Assembly: GCA_963749495.1 (NCBI GenBank)
Contig: CAVVMW010000021.1
Span: 224,001 to 288,000, forward strand
DNA: 64,000 nt
From: an uncultured bacterium
GTDB taxonomy: Bacteria; Verrucomicrobiota; Verrucomicrobiia; Limisphaerales; UBA8199
Direction: 5' to 3'
Position numbers and translations under genes: made by a program. A model generated the notes under the pieces. It searched no databases. It was given only the letters and a program-made list of their open reading frames with translations, and had not been told where the DNA came from. Shown one piece after another: positions 41,131 through 51,236 of this stretch. How positions within the stretch are numbered: the stretch's first letter is position 1; every line of letters starts with the position of its first letter.

Positions 41131-42552
41131 ATGACAATAAGCCGCCGCCAATTCATCCGTGACACGTCGCTCTTGGCCACTACCGCCGCGCTCAGCCCGG
41201 CAACCGCCTGGGCGGCCGACTCCGCCTTTCCGGTCGTCCGCGCGCCCGAGGCCAAACGGAAATTCAAAAGCCCCGCCGTCGAGCGGACCATCGAACAAGT
41301 CAAGTCCTCGATAGGCAACAAGGAGCTGGCCTGGCTCTTCGAGAATTGCTTCCCCAACACCCTGGACACCACCGTCGATTTCCAGGTCGTGGACGGCCGG
41401 CCCGATACGTATGTGATCACCGGCGACATCAATGCGATGTGGCTGCGCGACAGCACCGCCCAGGTCTGGCCGTACCTCCCGTTGATGAAGGAGGACCCAA
41501 GGCTCCAGCAACTGATCGCGGGCGTCATCAACCGCCACACCCGCTGCATCCTCAAGGACCCCTACGCCAACGCCTTCTACAAGGACGAATCCAAAATCAG
41601 CGAATGGAAGAGCGACCGCACGGAGATGAAACCGGGCGTCCACGAGCGCAAATGGGAAATCAACTCGCTCTGCTACCCGGTCCGCCTGGCCTATTTTTAC
41701 TGGAAGACCACCGGTGACACTGCCCCGTTCGACACGGCATGGCGCGAGGCGGTCTCGAAGATCCTCCAGACTTTCCGCGAGCAACAGCGCAAGACCGGCC
41801 GGGGCCCCTACCGATTCCTGCGCCGGACCGAGACCCAAACCGACACCCTGGCCGGCGGCGGCTACGGCCGCCCCGCGAAACCTGTCGGCCTCATCTGCTC
41901 CATGTTCCGGCCCAGCGACAACTCGACTGTCTTCCCGTTCCTGGTGCCGTCCAATTTCTTCGCCGTTGTGAGTCTGCGCCAGGCCGCCCAGATGCTCGAC
42001 CAGATCCATCATGACGCCGCTGCCGCACAATACCGCGCCATGGCCGACGAAGTCGAGCAGGCCCTCCACCATCACGCGACCGTCAACCACCCCCGGTTCG
42101 GCCGCCTCTATGCCTACGAGGTGGACGCCTTCGGCAACTTCTACTGCATCAATGATGGCAACGTCCCCAGCCTCCTCTCCTTGCCCTACATCGGCGCTGT
42201 CAAGCCCGACGACAAGCTCTATCTCAACACCCGCCGGCTGGTCCTCTCCGAGGGCAATCCCTATTACTGCAAAGGCCGCGCGGCCCAAGGGCCCGGCGGT
42301 CCGCACGTCGGCATGGAGATGATCTGGCCCCTGGGCCTCATCGTCCAGGGCCTGACCAGCACGAACGACCAGGAGGTGCGTCACTGCCTGGTCACGCTCC
42401 AAAAGACCCATGCCGGCACCGGCTTCATGCACGAGGCCTTCCACAAAGACGACCCCAAACGCTTCACCCGCTCCTGGTTCGCCTGGGCCAACACCATCTT
42501 CGGCGAACTGGTCCTTAAAACCTTCCACGCCCGCCCTCGCCTGCTGGACTGA
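41131..42552 (+). CDS. GH125 exo-alpha-1,6-mannosidase, Tat signal
   Basis: SRRQFI; FENCFPNTLDTT, AMWLRDS, DPYANAF, FRPSD, GFMHE, FTRSWFAWAN. Confidence 0.92.
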   Translation: MTISRRQFIRDTSLLATTAALSPATAWAADSAFPVVRAPEAKRKFKSPAVERTIEQVKSSIGNKELAWLFENCFPNTLDTTVDFQVVDGRPDTYVITGDINAMWLRDSTAQVWPYLPLMKEDPRLQQLIAGVINRHTRCILKDPYANAFYKDESKISEWKSDRTEMKPGVHERKWEINSLCYPVRLAYFYWKTTGDTAPFDTAWREAVSKILQTFREQQRKTGRGPYRFLRRTETQTDTLAGGGYGRPAKPVGLICSMFRPSDNSTVFPFLVPSNFFAVVSLRQAAQMLDQIHHDAAAAQYRAMADEVEQALHHHATVNHPRFGRLYAYEVDAFGNFYCINDGNVPSLLSLPYIGAVKPDDKLYLNTRRLVLSEGNPYYCKGRAAQGPGGPHVGMEMIWPLGLIVQGLTSTNDQEVRHCLVTLQKTHAGTGFMHEAFHKDDPKRFTRSWFAWANTIFGELVLKTFHARPRLLD

Positions 42553-42586
42553 GGGACGGAAGGGACGCCAGCGACACCGCAGACAG

Positions 42587-42733
42587 ACCCCTCACCCCAA
42601 CCCTCTCCCCATCGGATGGGGAGAGGGAGGATTCTCCGCAGCGGCTCGAGGCAGCACAGACGCATGGAACTTCAAGAGACGGCCGAGGTTCCTCCCTCTC
42701 CCCTTCGGAAGGGGAGAGGGCTGGGGTGAGGGG
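42587..42733. repeat. REP-like repeat family A
   Basis: ccctcacccc...ccctctccc...ggggagaggg arms. Confidence 0.75.
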
Positions 42734-42913
42734 TCCGTCGGGGACTCTGTCTCCGCCCACGCTGGCCCGTTCCTTTCTCCCAAACTTTCGCCTTGCATTG
42801 CCCCGCCCAACCGCGCTTAGATGGCGGCGGAACGCAGAAAGGCCGGACGCAGCCCCAAGCGTGCGCCCGCCCGCCTGCCCGGTTCGACAGCACGAAACAC
42901 AAATCAGCCATCT

Positions 42914-43643
42914 ATGAAAAGAAAAAGCCTGTTCGTTTTAATCACCCTGGCCGCCGGCTCCCTGCTCGCCGCGGACTCCGGCCCCAAGGACGACATCATC
43001 GCCGCCGCCAAGAAGCTGGGCCAGCAAAGCTACAACTGGAAGACCACCATGGAGATGGGCAATTTCTCGAACACGTCCGACGGCCAGGTCAACAAGGACG
43101 GCGTGGTCCATCTCACCATGACCTTCAATGAGAACACGACCCAGGCCTATTTGAAGGGCGAGAAGGGCGCCATCAAGCTGCCGGACCAGGAGTGGCAGTC
43201 CCTGGCCGAGGTGACCAGCGATAGCGGCGGCCAGGGCCGCGGCCGCTTCATGGGCCGCATGTTCAGGAACTACAAGGCCCCGGCCGCCCAACTCGAGGAA
43301 GTCGTCGCCAAGACCAAGGAACTCAAAAAGGAGGGCGATGCCCTTGCCGCGGACCTGACCGATGCCGGAGCCAAAGATCTCCTCGCCTTCGGCGGACGGC
43401 GCGGCGCCAACGCCAATGCCCCCGAGACCCAAGAACGCCAAAGGCAGCCTCAAGGTCTGGCTCAAGGATGGCCTTCCTCTCAAGTACCAGCTCAAGGTTC
43501 AGGGCACCATCACCACGCCCAACGGCGATGACCGCAACGTCAACCGCACGACAACGATCGAGCTCAAGGACATCGGCAAGGCCAAATTCGAAATCCCCGA
43601 CGAGGCCAGCAAGAAGCTTTCGCAAAAACCTGCCGCAGAGTGA
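42914..43643 (+). CDS. Secreted hypothetical protein, frameshift near 43430
   Basis: Signal peptide MKRKSLFVLITLAAGSLLA; coding-like continuation in a second frame. Confidence 0.7.
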
Positions 43644-43922
43644 TGGGAAAGGCCGAAGGCCAAAGCTAAAGGCTGAAGGCTAAAGGCTAAAGTGAAGGCC
43701 ACGGCGCAGGGGCGCGTGGCCTTTCACTGTGCCTTGCGGCACTCTGCAAGCTCCACTTCACACTTCGGCCCTCGGCGTGATGGGAAAGGCTAAAGGCTAA
43801 AGGCTAAAGTGAAGGCCACAGGGCAGGAGCGCGTGGCCTTTCACTGTGCCTTGCTGTGCTCTGCAAGCTCCACTTCACCCTTCGGTCCTTTAGCCTTCAG
43901 CCTTCAGCCTTTAGCCTTTCCC
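43644..43922. repeat. Repeat family C (ggctaaa heptamers) with tandem duplication and inverted terminus
   Basis: Two gtgatgggaaaggc...gtgaaggccac...ccacttcac units then tttagccttcagcc; related copy at 57241-57361. Confidence 0.75.
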
Positions 43923-43923
43923 C

Positions 43924-45195
43924 ATGAGTTCCCGCCGGCTCTCAGTCTTTGACACCCTCTGCCTGGGTGTCAACGCCATCATCGGCTCGGGGATCTTCGT
44001 CCACCCCGGCGAACTGGCCAGGGAGGCGGGGCCGGCGTCGGTCCTGGCCTTCGGCCTGTGCGGGCTGCTGCTGGTCTTGGTGGCGCTCTGTTACGCCGAG
44101 TTGGGGAGCATGTTCGGCCAGAGCGGCGGCCCTTATGTGTATGCCAGAGAGGCCTTCGGCCCCAGGCTCGGTTATGGCGTGGGCTGGATCTCCTGGGTCA
44201 CCTCGATCTTCAGTTGGGCGGCCGTGGCCAACGCCGTGAGTCCCAGCCTGGCCTATTTCCACCCGGTCTTCGGCGGGGCCTTTGCCGTCAAAGGCGTCGC
44301 CCTCCTTATGGTCCTGGGCTTTGGCCTGCTCAACTACCGCGGCATCAAGCTGGGGGCGCGGACCGTCGATCTCTTCACCCTCGCCAAGCTGGCGCCCCTG
44401 CTCCTGTTTGTCGCCGTCGGGCTGTTCTGCATCAAGCCCGAGAATTACCACCCCTTCTGGAAGGCCGGCAGCGCCTCCTTCGGCCACGCACTCTTCCTCT
44501 GCCTGTGGTCGCTCCAAGGCTTCGAAGTCACTCCGTTCCCCTCCGGCGAATCCCTCCATCCCCAAAAGGCCGTCCCGATAGCCGCGGTGGGCTCGTTGCT
44601 CTGCGCCACCCTGCTCTATGTGCTCGTCCAGGCCGTCGCGGTGGGCACCTTTCACGGACTGGCCAGCGCCGGCGCCCAACCGCTGGTCGCCGCCTCCGCC
44701 CAATTCATGGGACCCGCCGGGGCAACCCTCCTCGCCTTCGGCGCCGCCATCTCGATGATCGGCTACAATGCCGGCAACGCCCTGGGCTCTCCCCGGCTCC
44801 TCTCCGCCCTGGCCGCCGACAGCCACCTCCCGCCCCGGTTGGCCGCGCCGCATCCTCGCTTCTCCACCCCCTCGGCCGCCATCCTGATCACCACCGGCCT
44901 CACCGCCTGTGCCGCCTCGTTCCTGAGCTTCGATGCCCTCGTCGACCTCGCCAACCTCGTCGTCATCCTCCAATACCTGGCCACCTGCACCTCCCTCATC
45001 CGCTTGCGCCTGGTCCAGCCCGATGCCCCGCGCCTCTTCCGCATCCCCGCCGGCATCCCCGTAGCCCTCGCCGGCTGCGCCGTCTCGCTCTGGCTCGCCA
45101 AGGACGTCAAACCATCCGAATTCCTCCTGGCCGGCGCCGTCATCGGCCTGGGCTTCCTCTGCCGGGCCGGTTGGGCGCGCAGGAGCACCTTCTAA
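43924..45195 (+). CDS. APC family amino acid permease
   Basis: IIGSGIF, CYAELGS, GGPYVY, GFE. Confidence 0.9.
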   Translation: MSSRRLSVFDTLCLGVNAIIGSGIFVHPGELAREAGPASVLAFGLCGLLLVLVALCYAELGSMFGQSGGPYVYAREAFGPRLGYGVGWISWVTSIFSWAAVANAVSPSLAYFHPVFGGAFAVKGVALLMVLGFGLLNYRGIKLGARTVDLFTLAKLAPLLLFVAVGLFCIKPENYHPFWKAGSASFGHALFLCLWSLQGFEVTPFPSGESLHPQKAVPIAAVGSLLCATLLYVLVQAVAVGTFHGLASAGAQPLVAASAQFMGPAGATLLAFGAAISMIGYNAGNALGSPRLLSALAADSHLPPRLAAPHPRFSTPSAAILITTGLTACAASFLSFDALVDLANLVVILQYLATCTSLIRLRLVQPDAPRLFRIPAGIPVALAGCAVSLWLAKDVKPSEFLLAGAVIGLGFLCRAGWARRSTF

Positions 45196-45319
45196 CCCCA
45201 ATCTTCGTCTCCTTCGTTTGCTTCTGTGCCGCTCAAGACCCCCCACCGAAGGAAACTCCGCACTCCGCATTCCGCGCTCCGCATTCCGCATTCCGCGCTC
45301 CGCATTCCGCGCTCAAAAC

Positions 45320-45394
45320 TGGAGCCAGTTGAGGGATTTGAACCCCCGACCCACGGTTTACAAAACCGTTGCTCTACCACTGAGCTAAACTGGC
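45320..45394 (-). tRNA. tRNA-Thr (TGT)
   Basis: GCCAGTTTAGCTCAGTGGTAGAGCAACGGTTTTGTAAACCGT...GGTTCAAATCC...TGGCTCCA. Confidence 0.95.
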
Positions 45395-45674
45395 TTAAGG
45401 CATTGATTCACAGCAACTTACGCAGACAATACAAGCGCGTGTTGAAACCCGGTGCTGACAGCGCGCGGACGAGGAGAATGCTGCGGCGTCTCCGCAGAGC
45501 GCCGCCGATATCGGACAATCCCCACGACCCCGGCCTGAACAGCTACCCGGAGCTCTTTCAACTCAAGCACTCTGGCACTTATTACGGCACGGTCAAGCGC
45601 GAAGGCTCGTCGGTTGTGTGAGTTGGTCCGTCAAGGGCTTGCTCGGAAGGCGCCCTCAAGAGTATAGTGCTCCC

Positions 45675-45914
45675 ATGAGCGTCTTGGAATTAAGTGATGA
45701 GCAGGTGATTTCCATTGTCCGGCAGTTGCCGGCTGCTCGAAAGCGCGCAGCCTTGCTGGCCCTCGCGCACGACGCGCAAGCCCGGCGCGAGGAACGAATG
45801 CGGTTTGGCGAGGCACAATTGCGCCGAGCGTGCGCGGAGCGCGGGCTGGACTGGGACCGTTTGTCGGAAGATGAGCGCGAAACCTTTGTGAATGACCTGC
45901 TGCACGAAAAATGA
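45675..45914 (+). CDS. Putative antitoxin
   Basis: 79 aa, ATGA-coupled to the PIN toxin; TTGCTC-N18-TATAGT-N6-ATG promoter. Confidence 0.7.
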   Translation: MSVLELSDEQVISIVRQLPAARKRAALLALAHDAQARREERMRFGEAQLRRACAERGLDWDRLSEDERETFVNDLLHEK

Positions 45915-46333
45915 TCGTGGCCCCTACAGCGGTCTTCGATACGAACATTCTCTTTTCCGCGACGGCTTGGCGAGGAAATCCATTCCGATGCGTCGAGCGG
46001 GCGCGGGTTGGTGAAACCCAGGCTGTGACCTGCCCGGAATTGATGGAGGAGTTGGCCGAGAAATTAGAGATGAAGCTGGGCTTTTCCCCGGAACAAGCCG
46101 TCGAAACGCTGGCGGATTATTTAGGGTTCCTCCGGATGGTGAGTATTCCAAAGCTGTTGGCTGCGGTGCCGCGCGATCCAGACGGTAACATGGTGCTCGA
46201 ATGCGCCATCGAGGGAAAGGCCCAATACATCGTGACCGGCGACAAGGACCTTCTCGTGCTGAAAACGTTCCGTGACATTCAAATCGTCCGCGCCAGCGAC
46301 TTCCTGAAAGTTCCGGCGAAGGGGCCCGGCTGA
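45911..46333 (+). CDS. PIN-domain toxin
   Basis: VFDTNILFSA, RDPDGNMVLECA, IVTGDKDLL. Confidence 0.9.
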   Translation: MIVAPTAVFDTNILFSATAWRGNPFRCVERARVGETQAVTCPELMEELAEKLEMKLGFSPEQAVETLADYLGFLRMVSIPKLLAAVPRDPDGNMVLECAIEGKAQYIVTGDKDLLVLKTFRDIQIVRASDFLKVPAKGPG

Positions 46334-46383
46334 GTGTGAAATTGCAGGTTGCTTTTCGACCCGGCATGGGATGCCCGGTGGTG

Positions 46384-46622
46384 CTCGACACCGAGACCCT
46401 GGCACCCAGGCAGCCTGCCGGCTACTGCCGCCTCAATGGAGAGGCAATGGCAGGCTGGCGGCCGCACTGGCGCAGGACCACGGGCCTTTCCGGCAGGCGG
46501 AAAGGAGAGTGAACATGACAACGGCGTGGCTCGCATGTGCGCACTTGCTGAGCGGCCCCGCTGGGCCGCTGGAAGACCCGTTGCGACCCGCCTCGAAGTG
46601 AAAAGCTATGGTCTGACCCCTC
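46384..46622 (+). repeat. Degenerate ~240-bp repeat, probable RAYT-type element end
   Basis: Diverged direct copy at 49716-49955; both end in ggtctgacccctc. Confidence 0.65.
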
Positions 46623-46856
46623 GCACCTCGCACGAGCCTTTGGCCGTGACCAACCGCGTGCAGGGGAACTTGCTCCCGGGCGGAATTCAGGAGACCAACC
46701 GCGCGAACCGCAGCGGGAAGTCCTTCCGGCCCATGCCAGCCATCCGGGGACTGGGCGCCAACGTGGCGATCAACCTGGGCATCTGGGATGTGGCGGCCCA
46801 CCGACTGGGCCGTCAAGGGCTTGCTCTGAACGCGTCGCTAAGGGTATAGTTTTGCC

Positions 46857-47072
46857 GTGAGCAAGATTGAGGAAATCGAGCGGGCAGTCGAGCGATTGCC
46901 TCTAAGAGACTTCGTCAGGCTGGCCCTCTGGGTTGACCGCCGCCGCGAGCAGCTTGAAAGCTTGCAGCCGGTCGGCGACAAGAGCCAAGGGGTTCTCCGT
47001 GACCACAGCGCCTTCCTAAACAGCTATGCCCCGCAGGACGAGGGTCTCTACGACGATGCCGCAGCCCGGTGA
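46857..47072 (+). CDS. Putative antitoxin
   Basis: MSKIEEIERAVERLP...AFLNSYAPQDEGLYDD; overlaps the MazF-like gene. Confidence 0.7.
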   Translation: MSKIEEIERAVERLPLRDFVRLALWVDRRREQLESLQPVGDKSQGVLRDHSAFLNSYAPQDEGLYDDAAAR

Positions 47073-47379
47073 AATCTGGCTCGCGGATATTCCGTTCACG
47101 AGCCGCGCGGCCTCAAAACTGCGTCCCGTTTTGGTGCTCTGGGCGGACGCCGCTGATGTTGTGGTCGCGGCGGTTACATCGGCAGAGCCACGTTCCACGA
47201 CGGATGTAGCCTTGCAATGCTGGTCGGCAGCGGGTTTGCGCGTCGCATCCACCGTAAGGCTGTCCCGGCTGGATTGCTTGGAACAGCTCCTTCTGCGGCG
47301 CCGTTTGGGTGTCCTTGCTCCAGTCGATGCTGAGCAGTTGAAGCGCGTTTGGGCGAACGAAATCCGGCTGCGGTTCTGA
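47056..47379 (+). CDS. PemK/MazF-family toxin
   Basis: PGEIWLADIPFT...KLRPVLVL...VTS...AGL. Confidence 0.85.
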   Translation: MPQPGEIWLADIPFTSRAASKLRPVLVLWADAADVVVAAVTSAEPRSTTDVALQCWSAAGLRVASTVRLSRLDCLEQLLLRRRLGVLAPVDAEQLKRVWANEIRLRF

Positions 47380-47539
47380 CTCGGGGACGGAAGGGAATTT
47401 GTTTGTCACTTCCTCCCCTCCTCTGGGCTCCCCGCCGTGCCCGTCGCTGCGCGTGGCTTTCACGCTTCGCGCCATTTCCGAAATGCGGAAAGGAAGGTGA
47501 ATTCTCACAGTTCAGCAGATCGATCGAAACTCCAACGTG

Positions 47540-49168
47540 TCAGCGCACGTGGCCACGGTAGAACAGCGTAGCCTGGGCTGGGGTGGGGCTGACGAAATAA
47601 TTAGTCCCGCCCTCCAGGATATAAGTGCCGACCACCGCCCAGTTGAACAAATCGTCCGACAACTCAACGTCCACTGCCAGGTCGGGAAGGCCGGTAATTC
47701 CAAAACCGAACTGGCCGGCGCTCAGGCTCGGCGGCTGTAAAATCGGCGCAGGTACTGCGCTCGCGAGCATTCCTTTCCGGATCGTGTTGTTGCCATCGTC
47801 CGCCACATAGACGTTGCCCGCGCTGTCCGCCGCCACGCCGACTGGGTAAGCGAACCGCGCGGCGCTCCCCGTCCCGTCCGCGCTGCCCTCCCTGAAAGGC
47901 AATCCGGCCAGGGTCGTCACCACTCCGCCCGGCGTCACCCTCCGGATCGTGTTGACGTCTGACTCCGCCACATAGACGTTGCCCGCGCTGTCCACCGCCA
48001 CACTGTTAGGATAGTCAAACCTCGCGGCGTTGCCCGTCCCGTCATTGGTGCCCGAACTGCCCGCCAGTCCGGCGAGCGTCGTCACCACTCCCGCCGGCGT
48101 CACTTTGCGGACAGTGTAGTTGTAGGCGTCCGCCACATAGACGTTGCCCGCGCTGTCCACCGCCACGCCGGTAGGTGTATTAAACCGCGCGGCGCTCCCC
48201 GTCCCGTCCGCGCTGCCACTCCTGCCCGCCAATCCGGCCAGCGTCGTCACCACTCCCGCTGGTGTCACCTTGCGAATCGTGTCGTTTCCTGAATCCGCCA
48301 CATAGACGTTGCCCGGGCTGTCCGCCGCCACGCCGTAAGGACCACCAAACCGCGCGGCGCTCCCCGTCCCGTCCGCGCTGCCACCGCTGCCCGCCAATCC
48401 GGCCAGCGTCGTCACCACGCCCGCCGGCGTCACTTTGCGGATCGTGTAGTTATAAGTGTCCGCCACATAGACGTTGCCCGCGGTGTCCACCGCCACGCCG
48501 TTAGGACAATAAAACCCCGCGGCGCTGTTCGTCCCGTCCGCGCTGCCAGCAACGCCCGCCCGTCCGGCCAGGGTCGTCACCACGCCCGCCGGCGTCATTT
48601 TGCGGATCGTGCAGTTATTACTGTCCGCCACATAGACGTTGCCGTTCGTGTCCACCGCCACCCCGACAGGATTAGTAAACCGCGCGGCGCTCCCCGTTCC
48701 ATCATTGGTGCCGGAAGTGCCCGCCAGACCGGCCAGCGTCGTCACCAGGCCTGCGGGCGTCACTTTGCGGATCGTGTCGTTGAGATAGTCCGCCACATAG
48801 ATGTTGCCTGCGGTGTCCACCGCCAGCCCGGAAGGCCAAAAAAACCGCGCGGCGTTCCCCGTACCGTCATTCGTGCCGGAAGTGCGCGCCAGACCAGCCA
48901 GCGTCGTCACCACTCCCGCCGGCGTCACTTTGCGGACAGTGTAGTTGTAGGCGTCCGCCACATAGACGTTGCCCGCGCTGTCCACCCCCACGCCGGTAGG
49001 TGTATTAAACCGCGCGGCGCTCCCCGTCCCGTCATTGGTCCCGGGAGTGCCCGCCAATCCGGCCAGCGTCGTCACCACGCCTGCGGGCGTCACTTTGCGG
49101 ATCGTCTGGTTGCCATAGTCCGCCACATAGATGTTGCCCGCGGTGTCCACCGCCACCCCGGAAGGCAT
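47540..49168 (-). CDS. NHL-repeat protein, 5'-truncated
   Basis: About nine repeats of PxGVAVDxAGNVYVADxxNxTIRKVTPAGVVTTLAG...ARF; begins mid-repeat; C-terminal LFYR. Confidence 0.85.
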   Translation of the reverse strand: MPSGVAVDTAGNIYVADYGNQTIRKVTPAGVVTTLAGLAGTPGTNDGTGSAARFNTPTGVGVDSAGNVYVADAYNYTVRKVTPAGVVTTLAGLARTSGTNDGTGNAARFFWPSGLAVDTAGNIYVADYLNDTIRKVTPAGLVTTLAGLAGTSGTNDGTGSAARFTNPVGVAVDTNGNVYVADSNNCTIRKMTPAGVVTTLAGRAGVAGSADGTNSAAGFYCPNGVAVDTAGNVYVADTYNYTIRKVTPAGVVTTLAGLAGSGGSADGTGSAARFGGPYGVAADSPGNVYVADSGNDTIRKVTPAGVVTTLAGLAGRSGSADGTGSAARFNTPTGVAVDSAGNVYVADAYNYTVRKVTPAGVVTTLAGLAGSSGTNDGTGNAARFDYPNSVAVDSAGNVYVAESDVNTIRRVTPGGVVTTLAGLPFREGSADGTGSAARFAYPVGVAADSAGNVYVADDGNNTIRKGMLASAVPAPILQPPSLSAGQFGFGITGLPDLAVDVELSDDLFNWAVVGTYILEGGTNYFVSPTPAQATLFYRGHVR

Positions 49169-49276
49169 ATCAAACTAGCAGGCACTTGAAGGAGTCTGGC
49201 ACGGATTGCGGCAGGCTCAAGCGCCAAGGCTCGCGCGTTGCATGTCGGTCGGTGTCCAAATCAGAAAAGGACAACA

Positions 49277-49483
49277 TCATTTCTGGAGCAATTCATTGAA
49301 GACGTCATCGGCGTCGTTGTTCCATACTTCGGCCAGAGAATCTTCGGAGAGCTTCAACCAGGCCTCGCGCTCGACATCGGCGGATTCGATGGTGACGCGC
49401 ACATGAGATTTCTCCGGCAACGACAACGGCCGGTTCAGGACGAGTATCCCGTTTTCATAGATGGCGTCAACAGTCGTTGTCAT
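49277..49483 (-). CDS. DUF104/AF2212-like antitoxin
   Basis: MTTTVDAIYENGILVLNRPLSL...; overlapping toxin start MNCSRNDVVLF* is truncated. Confidence 0.75.
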   Translation of the reverse strand: MTTTVDAIYENGILVLNRPLSLPEKSHVRVTIESADVEREAWLKLSEDSLAEVWNNDADDVFNELLQK

Positions 49484-50073
49484 GCGGGGAACATAGCCAC
49501 CTGAATGGGCATTTGCAAGGCCCCCTTGCCCGGGGAAATATGGTGGGTAGATTGAACCCTGGCCGCAAAACTCCGGCCCGCGCGTCCTGCTGGTGACCAC
49601 TCGCTCGATGCTGAGGCCATGGCGACCACCCTGGCCGCCTGCTGGCCCCGCTCGAGACCGACGGCCCGGCCGCCCTGCCCGCCTCAACGCCCATTGCCCG
49701 CCCGGTGGCCAGACCCTCGACACTGAAGCCCCGGCCCCCAGGCGGTTTGCCGGCTGCCGCCGCCTCAATGGCGAGGCAGTGGCGGGCGGAACGCGGCGCT
49801 GGCGCAGGACCACGGCCCTTTCCGACAGCCGGAAAGGAGAGTGAATATGAAAACGGCATGGTGGTTCGCAGGTGGGTACTTGCTGAGCGCCCTCGCTGGG
49901 CCGCTGCAAGACCCCTTGCGGTCCCCCTCGACGCGAAAAACTGGTCTGACCCCTCACATGAGCACACGCGCGTGTGGGGCAGACAAGGTTGCCCATGCCA
50001 ACGGTTTCCCACACGATCCCATGCCAATCACGGACAATCATGAACCACAACGCCACTCCTCGTTTCACTGCCG

Positions 50074-50373
50074 TCAAGTTCCGCGAATGTCATCGAGCAC
50101 CATTTGGCGAAAGACTTCATAGACGACATCGCGGCGCTCCGCAAACAGGCACTTCCTGACAGGTACGCCTTGCTCAAATGCTTCTCTGTAGATAACCCGG
50201 AAATGGCCCGCCCTTAATCGGTTGTAGCCGGTCAACTCGTCCACCAGCGGCCTGATGTCTCCTCGGTCCTCGGCTAAGCGCCGGATTGCAAGCCGCAATT
50301 TCCGTCTCGGTTCTGGAGCCAGAGAGCCTGCGAAATCCTGAACCTGTTCTGACCACTGGACCTCAGCCTTCAT
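50074..50373 (-). CDS. RelE/ParE-like toxin
   Basis: LTGYNRLRAGHFRVIY...AERRDVVYE. Confidence 0.75.
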   Translation of the reverse strand: MKAEVQWSEQVQDFAGSLAPEPRRKLRLAIRRLAEDRGDIRPLVDELTGYNRLRAGHFRVIYREAFEQGVPVRKCLFAERRDVVYEVFRQMVLDDIRGT

Positions 50374-50611
50374 CGGGGACCTTGGTGAAGGCGACGTTTC
50401 CCGCTCGATCGGCCTTAACCAACTTCATGAGCTCGCTGTTTTTCTGAAGCTCCATCGTTTCCAGAATGCTCTCCATCACCTGGCGCGAAACCAGAAACGC
50501 AACCGCCCTCCCATTGCGCGTTATGCCCCGTACGCCGAATTCTTCCGTTTCCCGAACAGCTTTCGGCACTGAGGCGGCCAACTCAGTAATCGTTAAATCA
50601 GCATTTTTCAT
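50363..50611 (-). CDS. Phd/YefM-like antitoxin
   Basis: ITRNGRAVAFLVS...ESILETMEL; overlaps the toxin start. Confidence 0.75.
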   Translation of the reverse strand: MKNADLTITELAASVPKAVRETEEFGVRGITRNGRAVAFLVSRQVMESILETMELQKNSELMKLVKADRAGNVAFTKVPDEG

Positions 50612-50649
50612 CCAGAAAATGCTAATCTTGGCTGGGTGCATTGTCAATA

Positions 50650-50830
50650 TGATGTGATTGAAGAAATCGAGCAGGCAGTCGAGCAATTGCCTCTAAGAGA
50701 CTTCTTCAGGCAGGCTGGCTGGGTTGATCGCCGCCGCGAGCAGCTCGAAAACTTGCAGTCTGTCGGCGCCAAGCGCGAAGGGGTCCTCCGTGACCAGAGC
50801 GCCTTCCTGGATGACGTGTTGCACGAGAAA
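50650..50830 (+). pseudogene. Degenerate copy of the 46857 antitoxin
   Basis: IEEIEQAVEQLPLRDF...GVLRDQSAFL closely matches 46857-47020. Confidence 0.65.
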
Positions 50831-50965
50831 CAAGCACACTTTCCTGTTGTATTTGCGACTGGAAATCTCCACCACGGGCAGGCGTCCTGCCTGCTCATGA
50901 CCCGCCTGCGGAGTGAAGTCCAGCCAGATCAAATCGCCGCGTTCTGGAGCGTATTCGGCTTTCAC
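50830..50965 (-). pseudogene. mazF: Truncated MazF toxin
   Basis: PERGDLIWLDFTPQAGHEQAGR...YNRK, then similarity is lost. Confidence 0.75.
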
Positions 50966-51210
50966 CAGACCTCTCTGCCTGTTGGCTCGCCCCAGTTGGC
51001 TTCTGAGTGCAAATTCGCTTTCTGCACCTTGGCCAGGAGAGCACCCAACCTGTAGCGGACTTTTCGCACGGGGCTGATCACCAGCGTCCCCGACTTCAAC
51101 TGAAGATCAACCTCCGTGCCGCTTCCCAAGCGAGTCTCCTGGGCAAACGCGCGCGGAATGCGGACGGCCAGACTGTTGCCCCATCTTTGCACGGCTGTTC
51201 TCATCCTCAT
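50962..51210 (-). CDS. mazE: AbrB/MazE antitoxin
   Basis: VQRWGNSLAVRIP...WGEPTGREVW. Confidence 0.9.
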   Translation of the reverse strand: MRMRTAVQRWGNSLAVRIPRAFAQETRLGSGTEVDLQLKSGTLVISPVRKVRYRLGALLAKVQKANLHSEANWGEPTGREVW

Positions 51211-51236
51211 GTGTTGAAGCCCGGTGCTGACACCGA

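Noticed and set aside
43644..43922. CRISPR array
   Set aside because: Heptamer units and a duplicated block without unique spacers; no cas genes in the window.
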